A stretch of 50,417 nt of DNA, counting the filler, from Bipalium vagum (taxonomy: Eukaryota), in NCBI GenBank assembly GCA_037834085.1. It is 3 parts of 3 records of this genome, joined end to end, with 100 filler letters (N's around TTAATTAATTAA, not from the genome) between each part and the next. Parts side by side here need not be neighbours in the genome. Positions count along the whole stretch, not along the records: positions 34,813 to 50,417 come from JBBMKC010156911.1; 2 more parts are not named here. The stretch is one strand, 5' to 3'. The notes under the pieces are model-generated. The model made no database searches, was not told the origin of the DNA, and worked only from the letters and a program-made list of their open reading frames with translations. Positions 37,250 to 50,417 of this stretch are shown here, one piece after another. The first letter of the stretch is position 1. The number at the start of each line of letters is the position of its first letter. The position numbers and the translations under genes are program-made.

Positions 37250-37900
37250 TTCTCTCTGATTTTGGATATTTTCTGTAATAATCAAACTGTTCTTCATTCA
37301 GCATGGACAATTCTTTGATTTTCTAATGTCATCGTTGTCATATTTCCTTTTTAATCGAAACAACAGTAAATCATTAAGCATTGCGAGACTGAATAACTTT
37401 TTCTGACCTGGATTATCCTTAAAATACACCAACAGTTGTGTATAGTTGTTTCCTTTTAAGGCTGTACAAATAAATACACGTTTTATTACCATTGAAGATG
37501 TTGAATATTAAATTTGAACCGACTTTATTAAATTTCTGAAGCATTTTCTTACACCATTTAACGAATTTTTTTCATTAGATATCAAGTTGTGTGGGATCCA
37601 ACGACTGCAAACTTTTCGTAACTTCAGATTTTCATGCAAAACGGCTTCAATTGCTTTTATGTCAATACTATCGGATGTCTCAATTTCACATTATGTGCTA
37701 TGTTAACCTTTTCAATAATTTCTTTCATATCAATTGAACTGACAAGCATCTCAAAATACGTTCTCCAGACTTGTGCATTCATTATCTTTAAACGCAGTTG
37801 TTTGATGATGCATCATTTCGAAAGACAAAATGAAGTCGGTTTAGACATTTCTTGGGTATAAGGCCACACGTATAATCATCGTAAATCAACAAATTGTAAA
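37250..37900 (-). mobile_element. Possible hAT transposase relic
   Basis: QVWRTYFEMLVSSIDMKE (~TRWNS.Y.ML…K), LKPF, STSSMVIKRVF (~S…ERVFS), in the expected order but heavily deleted. Confidence 0.35.
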
Positions 37901-40649
37901 AACAATTTTTTTCATAAAATTTTCATACTTTTTTATAAGTCCTCTTTCAAATGTTTACTTATTTAAATTTATTCAAATGATTGTTAGTGACTCAATATTG
38001 AATTTTATGATTATGTTAGTTATGAAACACGGATGAGACCACAAAAAGTCTTAGGTATGTAGTAACATAATTCTTAATTATATTTCATATTTCTATAGGA
38101 TTTTTTTAAAATTTAAGATAATTTATTTAAAATTTTAATAAATTTATTTATGTAAAACAAAGATTTCACAAATTTATTTACATCATAATTTAGATAAGAA
38201 TCAATAGTTTTATGAAAATGTGAACATATTCTAATTCAGTGTGCGTTATCACTTTTTTAATTAAAAATTATTGTCATGAAATTATAATTTAGAACAGTTA
38301 TTAATATAATAATGGCACCATTAATTAATTTATTTTAAGCTGCCACTATATTAGTTGACATTGCTGTGGAGGAAGAGTTCAAGTCATATATGCTTCCCGG
38401 CGCTCCAACAAAACCTAAGCTAAAAGCATTTTATATGGAAATCATCAACAATTTGAAGAAGGAATTGAAAAGCATAAACATCGATTTAGATTTCCACATA
38501 ATTTCGTTGAGGTACATTTTAAAATTTTTTGTTGTTATACTCTGATCAATAAATTTCAGTATAAATAAAAATACTAATTTAACTGATTTATTATTTGAAG
38601 TTTTCAGTGTTTTTTTTAAAAATAATTTTATTTTATTAATTATATTTTTCTCCATAATTTCAAGAGCTTCAAAAAGAAACAGGTGATTTTACAAATGCCA
38701 CTGTAATGGCACTTATTTAATATTAAATTACATACTTGTACATAAAATTAGATTTAATTATTGAGTGGATATTTAATCGATTATTTTGTTTAAATAATAT
38801 ATTTACTAGATACATTTTTAAATATCAAAATATGGATGCCGATAAAACAAAATTATAGATACTGTCTGTTACTCACATGAGAATAAAGAAATTTATGGGA
38901 AGAATGGATCCAATGCTATCAATAATATTAGAGCTTTTATTTGAATTAGAAAAACTGTTATCTCGATGAAGTGTTTGGAGAATGTTCTTGCTATAATTCA
39001 GATTTTTCAGTCAAATTACTTCTTGTAATCATCTCTTAACCACAAGATACATTAATTATAAGTCTATTTTGAAGATATTCTTTGTGTAAAATTCTATAAA
39101 CTGTTCATACAATTAATCTTCATCTATTGGACTTGCTATTTTTGGATTTGACTTATTTTTGAAGGGTCTGTCTTTATTTACCTGACTGTCTTTATTTTCT
39201 CTGTTTCTTAAGTGGAGATCAAATTTTTACATGGATATGATTAAAAGTTTCAGTATATATTTTAAATTTAAAATGAAATACCTGTAGAACACAAAACTTT
39301 TTAAAAAATTCTTTTGTTACCAGTGCAGTTGGGTAGTAGTCTTAAGAAATCTTAATTAATTTTAAACAATAGAAATTTAATATAATTAAATTAATTAATA
39401 AACTTTGTGATTTATACCTATAAAACTGTAGATATATACACTTCTTACATCACCAAACTTTTACCAGAAATTTATGTTGTTAAATAATTATATTCTTAGA
39501 CATTCATTTAAAACAAAATAAACTTTATATTTAAGTAATAATAATATATTCTGTATAAAGTCTACGAATATATTTATATTAATCTAATAATATAATAATA
39601 AAAATATGTATCAAAATATAAAAATATAAAAATATTAATTTTCATTTATTAATTAATTTTATTGTTATATTATAAAAAGATGGAATTAATTCTTTTCAGA
39701 TTACTTAACTTATCCGGAAAAATGAAAATATTTCAAATATTCCTTTATTAATTTAATTTTAGTTTTAATTTTTAACTTAGTTAAAAGAATTTAGAAAAAT
39801 TAAAATATCAGAAATGATAAAATTAAATTAATTCCTTCGTATCATATTACTCTGAAGAGTTTAGTTATCAATTGAAATTTAGTCAACTGTGCATAATTAT
39901 TTTTAAAATTACTTTAATTATTTTTTATCTTCAAACTTTTATTTAGGAATGTTATACATTTGAAATTAATAGGAGAATCTGAAGAATTATTAAGTCGGAA
40001 TTATTCTTTATGTTTTAGGAAAAAATATTCTATCCATTTACATTAAATTAATAAAAATTCTGTACTTTGCGCGAATTTTTAAATATACGAGATTAGGAAA
40101 ATGAATAAAAATACAGGATGTATTTTAATTTTAAAATCATAATTATATTTTTAGTGTATGGTCTTAAATAAAGAATGAATCAAACTATTTATAGTTAGAT
40201 ATTTCAATCATTTAATGGAAATAATGGGGTGGGTCAAAACATATGAATGGCATTGTAATAAGAATTTTGAAAAGTTATTTTATAAATGTATGATATATCC
40301 CATGGTTTGACGAAATTTGTTTAAATATTGTACATTTGCTTATGACTTAATAAATTATTTTGAAAAACGATTTACTCCTATGGATTCCAAACCTATGGAT
40401 ATTAATAATATGTATATAGTAATATGTAACCAATTTCGGAACTCAAAAAAAATTTATTAAATTTATATTTTTTTAAGAAATAATATTTCCAAAACATATT
40501 GAAAATGTTTAAGTGTTTAAAAGTTATCGAATTGTATTAAATTCAAATTTTAATAGTGTTCTCGAATGGATAAATAGTGCAATTGAATTTGCTGATATCT
40601 AAGATACAATTAGTCACATTAGTCAAAAGTCATTTAAAACATTTGAAAT

Positions 40650-41500
40650 GAAAAAAGATACATACAATGAGAATTATGAAGAAGATATTTGCAAAAGCCA
40701 AAGATACTGGGAGTGCTTGTGATCTTTGGAAGTCTGGGAGACATTCAATTGAAGATGAAAAAAATATGCGAAATAAGTCAGGTTTAATTTGAAAACACAG
40801 TAAGAAGAACCACAAAGATATCCAATCAAATGGAGACATCCAGAATATCACCAGAAATGTGTCAAAATATTATGAATGACTTTTATAATCGCTTACATAA
40901 GTGCTTTAAATTTTATGATAATTCTGTAAAATATTAAATTTTAATAAATAAATGTTACTTTGTCAAAAATGTACAGTATTTTGTTGAATATATTTTACGG
41001 TATTACATTTTAAAATGGCATTTAAATGTCCTTTAAAAATTCTAGCGTTTCAAGGAATACAAGAATCATAAAGATCTACTTCAGCAAACTTTAGTTCTAG
41101 ATGATACTAGGGTCAGATTATATATGGAACAATCAAAAGGTCAACTTCGTGTCTAGATTTCAATCAATGAACCTAGATCATTAGATACTAGATAATCAAA
41201 ATTTTCTGATAAACGTATGTTGTTGGTAGTAATGGATTACCGTGTCGCTTAGTATCATGTCTATGAAGAGAACAAGACCAATAACTCTGAAACAAAACAA
41301 TACTGAAACGGGAGTTTCGGAAAATAATTAAAAAATAAATCATTCAAAGCTACTGTTATTCTCCATGACACCTGAGCCAGTAGAAATCAAACATTGTTCG
41401 GTAATTTTCCACAGACAAAGAAATTACAGAGTGGTATCAGCAACCTTATTCCCAAGATATTTCGCTTGTTATTACTATTCCTTTTATTTGCTCTAATAAA
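40650..41500 (+). mobile_element. mariner transposase relic
   Basis: WKSGRHSIEDE (~40727-40760), KRMLLVVMDY…KTNNSE, VILHD, QQPYSQDIS (=HPPYSPDIS, ~41438-41465). Confidence 0.6.
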
Positions 41501-42959
41501 AAATTATACAAGTTTTGGATTTGTACTTTTTGTTTAATAAAATGAAACTCATCCCCAAGTTTGCGTGAATTAACATGATAATCCTTTACCAGAATTATAT
41601 ACTACTAATAAAAACATATTTTGCGAAGGCGTGCAAGACAACTTTATGAATATCCTTGTTTTTGTGTTGTTCTTTTTCTTTTTTCTTCTGATTTATATTT
41701 TTCTTCTCCAAGAGTTACCGCAAAAGGTAGATATATCTTAAGAAAAACAGAATATTCTTTTTTCAAAAGAATAAAAAGCAATTGTTATTTGTTCCTAATT
41801 TTTAAATTGTTACAATCTTCAACTGAAATAATTAACTGAATGAAGAATATACAAAGAAGAATAAGAATATTTTCGGACGCCTTAATTAAAGTATTTTAGA
41901 AGCTATTATTATTATTATGTTGAGAAATACATAGGACTTTCTTAGTCTGTCTAACATTTTATATTTTATCATAAATAATGCCTTATTTTCTCTGAATCAA
42001 TATTGTTTGGATAAATGTTATCAGATCACAGTATCTCTTATAAAGGTTTTAAAGTTCTTATGGTAACCCAGTCAAAATATGTTAGATTAACCCTCCAGGA
42101 AATTAATATTGATAAAGTCTGATATAGATATTTAACAGTTTTAGTATAGTTTATTTTGACCAATTATGATTAATTATTACTATTAATCAATAATGAAACA
42201 TTAATATTATTAATATTAATAATATCACAATTATTTATATTAATTTACAATGGTAACTGAAAGACTGTCATGAAAAAAATGGCAATAGATGACTTTCTTA
42301 ATTTATATTTTTAGATAATTTTATACCAGTTTTCCTGAAACAAAAATAAATAAATAACACCTGATGTTACCTATGGATTATATCTCAATTTCGTAATAAG
42401 CAAACATTTTTTGCAGATATTTGTTACTAAAATGCCATTGCCTTTTAAAAGCTTTTTAAAAATCATTATTGATGTTTTATGAATGAACATTATTGAAAAT
42501 ATATTTTGATAATGAACCTTTTTGATTTTATGATCAGAATTAAACTTCGAAACAAGGACCTTGTCAAACTGTAACTTAAGTCGCTGTTTGCAGCAATGTT
42601 TTGTGAGTTCAGTGGCGAGCATCTTCCGTTTTCAGATAGAAAATAGAACAACTATAATTCTACTATAAATTGTCTTTTGAAGGTTGGGTTAAAATGATAA
42701 AAATTAAAACAAATTTTTAGTATTTTGTAATAAAATCAGATCAGAACCTGTTTAACAATCTTAGTCGCACGATAAATTCTGTATTATTTCCCAGATATGT
42801 AAAAGAATATCTATCACTTTTTCCAAAAAAATACTTTATTAATTATTTATTTAATCATAAAAAATCTTAGAAAGTTTAATTAATAATAAAAAAAATTTGC
42901 AACGTATAAAAATTGGAGTGTTTCTAAATTCTGGCTGCATTGGATCATATTCATAGAAA

Positions 42960-43880
42960 AAGAACGTGAAAGTAAATGAAAAATTGTTTTCAATGAAATT
43001 TTTTTTAATAATCTTCCCATTATTGGTAAGACTCTTTGCAGCTCTTTCAGGGACACTAGTAATCAAGTTTTGGAGCACTTCAACAGACATTTGAACCAAT
43101 TGTTGTGTGATATTTTCTATCAGGTGGTTAATGTTTGAGAATTGATTTGAGAAAAGATTTTCTATCGGATTGGCATCTTGACTATATGACGTCTAAGCAA
43201 AAACCCTAACATTTTTCGTTCTCATCCAAGTTTTATTCGATACACTTTTGTGAATGGAACAGAATATCCAAACCTATACCAACATTTTGGACAACTCTTG
43301 GCAATAAATGATTTTATAAGATATTTTGATAGTTCAGAGACCTCATTCTTGAATATCAGTCTTGCCAAAATAACAAAATCCTGCCCAGCTTATCACATAA
43401 TCATCCCCTTATACTCGTTCTGGTTAAATTCTTTTATCCTTTCGTTAGTTATGTCAGTAATAACTGAAATCGCCAGGTCTATTCAAATTCACTTTTTCAC
43501 CCATTAATAGTAAATTTCGGGTCCATATTTTTCTGTAAATGGAAGAAACTAGTCCCTTTTGCTAGATTGCAATTTTCCAGACTTCTTAATGTTACGCAAA
43601 CTTGTTGATTTGGATGTCTCAGTATTGAGAATGCTGACGCTGTTGCGATGGATATTAATTCGTTGTTCATTTCTCTTGAAATATGAATGGCATCACATTT
43701 GATCATAACCTCTAGATGTCTTGGTAACTTCATTTCCCCATAATTTTCAGTATTTTTAATATTTTCTGACAACTTTATCACTTTTGTTAATTAGGCACCC
43801 GATTTTCTGTAACATTTGTCAATTTGTACGAAATTATCAATCCTTTTTATTACTTTAAGACATTTATACTTGTGAAAAGG
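42960..43880 (-). mobile_element. Tc1-family transposase relic
   Basis: WMRTKNVRVFA*TSYSQDANPIENLF (=WP.YSPD.NPIEN) and LQNLITSVPER (=L..SMP.R). Confidence 0.7.
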
Positions 43881-46047
43881 CAAAGAATTTTAAGGATATC
43901 ATTAATTTTACTGACTTATCCAATCTGAAACTTGACGATTCAGTTTCATCATATATTGGGATGAAAATAAAGTTAAAAAGCCATTTCAGTTATTTTCAAA
44001 AATTATGTGGAATCCTTTCATCAACATTAAGGTCAGTGGCTAAAAAGAGCTTCCCTTAAGCATAATTCTATTAAAACAATTTATTATAGTAATTATATAT
44101 TCTTTGAAGATTAGACCGAAAAGTCAATATAAAAACTCGCCACCATATTTTTGATAGGTTAGGATTAGACGAAAACTATCCCCAAAAAACTTGGCAATAT
44201 CTCTTATTTACAGACACTGCTCTTGGATGGGTTTAGAAATATCGACAACCCTGGATATTATACGTCTAACTTCATTATTAATTTAAGTACGATCATCATT
44301 TTCAGTCACTTAATCTCCCCCCAATTCGAAATTTTAATTGACTTTATTTTTCTCACATCTCAGTTAAAAATTTTTTCCCTAGAACATCTCTCACAGGACT
44401 AAGGAATTTTATTAAAGTCCCTTTTAATTGCATTGATATGTCAAGTTCGAGTGCTTTGAAATTTCGGCGTTCATTTAATAAAATAAAATAATTTTTATCA
44501 GATGATTTTATTGTGATAAATTTTTTCGCCTCACTAGTCAGATTTATCAGTAGATCTGCTGTGTATACCAGTTTCATGGGTTGTCTAACTCATATTTTAT
44601 CTGAATAAAAATGTTAATTTAAAAGCCTACCTATTTGGAAAAATTGACGTTTTTAGAAGACTTTATAAAAAATATATATGCACTTGATACGTGATTTTCA
44701 CAGAGTCTTAATGGATAAAAATAAAATAATAAAATTGAAATGGATCTGGAGCATCAGAAGAAATTACTTTATTTTTGTTTAATTTTACATGGAAAATAAA
44801 GATTGGAAAACAGGAATTGGGAAATTTAAAAATTTCTTTTCAAAAATTACTTAATCAAAAAATTTATAAAAACCTCGAAGTCTTAAGATATTATATTTAT
44901 TAATTAATAAACAATCTTGTGAAAAATCAATTTATTTTTCAAATAAACGATTTTAATCAATTTACAATAAAATTTGATACAAAATTAATATTATGAAACA
45001 TGTTTCGAACTTTCTTTTCAGTTTTTCGTCAGGCATTAATATTAAACATTTTAATCCATTAAATGATATCACTATTTTTTAATTAAGATATTTTGTCAAA
45101 TTCTGGTTTGTTAAAATTATTTAATTTTTATAAAAATATATTTTTTATTAATCAGAGAACCCGCTGACAACCAATTTGTTTTTACTTTCTCATATTTGAT
45201 TATTAATATCTGCTTGTCATTCTTTTATTAATAATGATTCACATATCTTCCGTTCATCGTTATAATCGAAATTACTCATTATTAATCATTTTTATTATGT
45301 ATAAAATCCAAAGTATTAGTTTAATTTAATTAATACTTAATTTTTTTGGCTATAAAGTATAATTAAAATATAAAAATATAACTTTCAATTTCCATCACCT
45401 AATGTATTGATAAAAACAATTTTTTTCTTGACTCGACATTTGTGCTTTTATTCTCAACTTACCGGCGAGTTCATACAGTTTAAAATAAAATATTATTTTT
45501 CAATAGGCCGGGTCCTCTTATTCCCAAACGAGCTTCACACAACTCTCAAGAAACTGGAAGTCCATCTGTATTTGCTAGAATCAATATCACCCAGCATAAT
45601 TCTTCCATCGTGAATCCTATGATAATATTTCATATTTCCCAATGTGGCAGACTGGGATTATTGGGCAACCTGAGCATATCAGATCAAATAATTTTCCCTC
45701 AATATGGTATAAAGTTTGTCAAAAATATGTTTCATAGAAAATGCCGAATAAAAAATTGATTTGAACTTTGACATTAATAAGGAATTAATATAATCTATAA
45801 ATATAACTATTAATTAATTATTAATTATTTTGATAATTAACTAATTTATTATAAAAGATTATATTTTGATGATTATTTTAATATTAATTTATCAGAATAT
45901 TAAACAATTATGACAACTATTATGACCAATAGGCTTCAGCCTATTTTAAAACTTTGAATGCAATGTAAAAAATATAAATTATTTTTTATATTATAAAAAG
46001 ATTTAGCTAAATATTATCTATGCAATTCCATAATGATATCAATAATA

Positions 46048-47169
46048 CCGGGTGCGTCGTATAATCGCGAAATAAATGCACAAATATAAAAATTAAATTT
46101 ATGAAGTGAAATTTTATTGAGAACTAAATATGAACATATATTTTATTACATTATACATACATAAAACAATTATTCAAAAAGACCTCCATCACCATCAATT
46201 ACGGCCTGAACCCTGGATCTGAATCTGGAGCAAGTCTTGAGAATGTACTCTTTAGATAGATTGTTCCATGCCTTCGTTACAGCTTTCTTTAGATACTTCA
46301 AATTACGGTGTTGTACTTTGGAGGCCTCTGTCTGAACAGAAGCCCACATTGAGAAATCCAGAGGATTGAGATCAGGTGAACTAGGGGGCCATATTGATTT
46401 ATCCCAGAATTTCATATTTTCTTTGAGCCACGCTTGGATTGCCTTTGAGGTATGACATGGAGCTCCATCTTGGGTAAAAATGACTTTTCCCATGTCGTCA
46501 TAGTTGGCTCGAACCCATGGGAGAACATTTTCTTGTAAAATCTTCAGATAACCTTCAGTATTTAATTTAAAACCTTTGTCAAACAATACTGGAGTCATTT
46601 TTTACCATCTGATGACAACAGTCCAAAAATCATCATATGGCAGGGATGTTTTGTCCTGGCAATGCTTTTAATGTGTTTTGAACTTTGTCAACAGTGAAAT
46701 ATTTCTCATCAGAATAGAGCAGGTCTTCTTTAATAATTCTTCTCATTGTAGGTTCTGAAATACTCATTTCATTGGATATTTTGCGCATTGACCTCACAGG
46801 ATTATAACTTATCCTATTTTTGACTTTTTCAATCAATTTTTTTGTTCTTACTGTTCTTTTTCGTGCGTTTCTGGGCTTCAAGGCGCTGCCATAGTTTGCC
46901 AGGTTTGATTTAATTTTATAGATCATTGTTTTCCAGATTTAATATATCCATAATCTCATTTACAGATTTTTGGGCTTGAAGTAAAACAACTAACGCTTGC
47001 CTTTTGTCGTTTATGTTCATCTAAAATATAAAATCTATAAAAAAAAATTTAAATCAGTTATATATCAAATTCCAATCAACACAAAAATATCAACAAATAG
47101 GCAGAGCTGTTTTTCTGTTTGATTAGATTGACTGATTCAAAATAGTCCGCGATTATACGACGCACCCGG
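46048..47169 (-). mobile_element. maT (DD37D-family)-like transposon, 1122 bp, perfect 22-bp TIRs, TA TSD, internally deleted transposase
   Basis: TIR CCGGGTGCGTCGTATAATCGCG at both ends; TA at 46046-47 and 47170-71; ATG ~47020; ORFs 46633-46926 (HTH, YSDEKYFTV) and 46170-46598 (FTQDGAPCH, WPPSSPDLNPLDFSMW). Confidence 0.95.
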
Positions 47170-47880
47170 TAATATTTGAGCACTGCTTGTCTTATACTTT
47201 TAAAATGATAACTGACTTTCACTTTTAAGTGAAATATTCTTCATTTTAATAATTTTTACATTGACATATTTTTCCAAAGTTGTCAACCTTTTCTTTCATT
47301 TATAAAGTTCAATTCAATAAACTTCTAGAACGTGAGGCCTTTCAAAATTTTTGAGAAACAATACTTATTTAAAAAAGTTATATTAGTATATGTATTTCAA
47401 AATCAAAAATTATATTCTCCCAGTTTTTTTAGTCCAGACTAAAAATCGTTTTAAAGACTTTAAATCATTTTTCTAGTTTTCGCAATACCACCAAATTATC
47501 CCCGAAACAAACGAGAGATATAAATATTAACACAGAGATAACCCAACAATATATTTAACAACCTCCAAGACAAACCTAGATCAGCAAGGCCATCTGTAGT
47601 AAACAAGGAATACTTTAATAAATAAATTTATGTATAATTAAAACGTATTTTGTAAATAAAGTTTTTGAATTTTTCTGCCCGGAAACATTTTGGATTACCT
47701 AGTACCAATGTAAAATAACTATGATCTTATAATTTTCTTTTATGCAAACAATGGGTTTAGCACAGATACAAAACTTGTCATGGAACCCGGTTGGCTATTA
47801 GGAAACTTTTATTGAAGTCAATTTCAGGATTTCTAATTCAAATAATTATAATAATAATTTTTTATAATAAATTTTATATA

Positions 47881-47960
47881 TTAGGTTGTCCAGCATGACA
47901 TGTCGTATTTTTAGTAGTCAATAAAATAAGAAAAACGACATTTCTTACTGGACAACCTAA
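47881..47960. mobile_element. 80-bp mariner-derived MITE
   Basis: ttaggttgtccag…ctggacaacctaa with pairing extending ~30 bp (atgtcgt/acgacat), flanked by TA on both sides. Confidence 0.9.
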
Positions 47961-50417
47961 TAATTATAATGGGAAGATATTTCAGCAATATGTTATATAA
48001 AACAGACCATATTTTCACAGAAATCCAAATTGCGTTGATTCATTCGATTAGTTCTTCAATAAAAAGTTTAATAACTTTAATTTTTTAAAAATTACACAAT
48101 TAATAAAAAATATTAAACATTTATTATCGTAATTTTTAAGCATTTTGTAATAATGTTTTTTATTTTGAGGAGGGAAAGATAATCAATATCCAGGTGAAAT
48201 GAAAAGAATTAAAACCGTACATTTTGTAATTTCCAAATTTATTAGGTTTTAATAAGGTTTTCCGGTTTTATTTTGTGATTATTTTAATTTTTTGATTTGA
48301 CATTGTCATTAAAATTTAAATAATATTTTTATTTAATCTTTCTTGGTATTTTCCCTTTCTATTTCTTCATTGCATTAATTTCCTTATTTAAAATTTTCAA
48401 ATTGTATTTTTATATAAATATTGGATTTTATCAAAAGTTTCTGTGATTTTCATAGTTTTATTTTCTTTTTAAAGTAATATATACTAAATAGATATTTCTA
48501 ATAACAATTTTAAAAAAGTGATTTAATTATTGATATTTTACTATCAATAAGTATTTTTATGTTTTGTTTAAATAAGCATATGAATGCATTTATTTGAATT
48601 TATAATTATAGTAAAATGAATACAGGAAAATTTGCAATTTGAGATTTGATTCGTCATTTTTGGAAAAACAATGTACATAAAAATATTACAAATAATCTTC
48701 ATGGATAAAATATTTTTTATTTAATGAGTAATTTTAGGAATTTGATAAATATAAAAGAAATACACTGCATTATATTTTTTGTAAAAAATAATAATATATA
48801 ATTAAATAATAAAAAAATTATATTAATTGACAAAAATAAAAGTTTAAATAAATAAATAAAGGTTGAAATTATCAAGAAAAATTGACGACCGATAGTTCTG
48901 TTTGTTGAACCTCCATAGAATTCTCCATATAAAAAACTTCATCCCGAAGATGGAAGTAATATAAATAAAAATACAGTAGGCCAAATCAATAATAGCTATA
49001 AGTTTACGATGGATGTTATTTTCTGATCAACAGCCATTAAAGGTTTCGGTAGACTCGGTGATTGATTAACGGTTTCCAGTCCTTCTCTTTGCAAATATGA
49101 TTAAAGCTAATTTTAAGAACCTGATAAATAAAAGAAAAAAATTAATATATATATTTTTTTTATAAAAATGCAATATAATTATATAATTAATTAATTAATA
49201 AAAAGATAAAATTATTAAATAAATAAATAAAGGTTAGCATTGTCAAGTTACACTCGATTGGCTCCGGTAAGGGGTTGATTGGAGATTTTCACATTGCGTA
49301 CATACTCAATAATTTTTAATTTCATTCTTTTCTCCAAGATCAATAAATATATTTTTTTCATTTTCAAAATTCTAAAATATAAACCATTGATAAAACAAAA
49401 CAGGAAAAAATCGAAAAATTGTTTTTTTATTAAGATCGATTGAAAAACAACTAATTGACGAAGAGGTTGTCTGAGCATAAATTTAATTTCGTCTTCCAAT
49501 ACAATAGTATACATAGTTTTTGAAGTTCTTTCTCGTCTGACATAGATGGAGCTGGAGAATTTTGCTTTTCTTTCTTCCGAAATTTATTTTTCTTTGAACT
49601 GAATTCTTTCTGTATTAAATGAGATTATCTTCATTTACAGTAATTATATTAGTAAAACGACGAGATATTTACAAACATGGAGTACAGTTTTAATTATTTC
49701 CAATATTATCGTATTAAAAGTGTTGATTATTTTTGGTTTAGTTCGCCTTTCATCGGATTCTAATTACTTCAGATCTCCCTAATTCCCATGTTTAAAAATA
49801 ATAAATATAATCAATGTAATAAATTAGGCATAATATATTTAAACACAATTGCATTAAATTAAATCAATAAATTTTTCATAAAATAAAATAATTAAATAAA
49901 TAAATAAAATATTTTTTTAAAAATTAAGAACATTATTTATAATTTAGTGATTTTTATTTTATATTTTATTCGGCAAATATCTGATTAATTCATAATTATA
50001 TCACATAATATTTTATATCAATAATTATCTCTATTTATATTTATTTATATTTATTTATCAATAGTTTGTTTACATATCGTGTCAAAAATATAAAATTTAT
50101 GTTTTTCATTATTTTGAAATTATTTATTTATTTAATTTTGTTATTGTCTTTTAGTTGATATTTTGTGATTTTTTTATATTTATTTTTATTATTTATTCCC
50201 GTCTAGAATTTACTTAATTAATTAATTTATCAATAATAAATTACATTTATTATCGAGTTATATATTTCTTTAACGTAATTCTCAAATAATCCTTTTTACT
50301 TCCAATGGATTTCAGAGGTTCATTGGAAATTACTAAAGCGTACATCACAATTATTTTTGCAATAAATAATAAATAATTTTTCTGTCTATTATTATTATTT
50401 TCGAATCGATTAATGAT

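Noticed and set aside
6480-43880. Alternative genetic code suggested by TGA/TAG at conserved Trp positions in relics
   Set aside because: The same relics also carry frameshifts, and the intact ANK-RING gene ends in TGA with no in-frame stops; ordinary G>A decay explains it.
45400-45740. GC-richer segment with CSGC…CH on the minus strand
   Set aside because: Interrupted by stops, with no recognisable family motif.

Overview
Very AT-rich eukaryotic genomic DNA dominated by decayed transposons. The window is not contiguous: two identical artificial 100-bp spacers (44 N + TTAATTAATTAA + 44 N, at 17360-17459 and 34713-34812) join three separate contigs. Contig 1 (1-17359) holds a convergent inverted pair of small Cys-cluster ORFs, a 5'-truncated RLE-type (NeSL/Utopia/R2-like) non-LTR retrotransposon, Tc1, mariner, DD37E and Chapaev-like relics, and an LTR fragment. 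Contig 2 (17460-34712) holds a pogo/Tigger element, a Ty3/gypsy RNase H relic, a mariner, and a decayed Maverick/Polinton (adintovirus-like) viral gene cluster: adenain-type protease, adenovirus pX-like GG|VLPLIP peptide, fibre-like protein, zinc-finger/HNH endonuclease. It also holds the one clearly intact host gene, an ankyrin-repeat + C-terminal C3HC4 RING protein of at least 9 exons, which the ORF track splits because of 39-72 nt introns. Contig 3 (34813-50417) holds a mariner interrupted by a probable solo LTR, hAT/mariner/Tc1 relics, a maT-like element with perfect TIRs and DD36D spacing, and an 80-bp MADE1-like MITE. No rRNA, tRNA or CRISPR array was recognised. All family assignments come from manual translation and remembered motifs; no database search was run, and relic boundaries are approximate.
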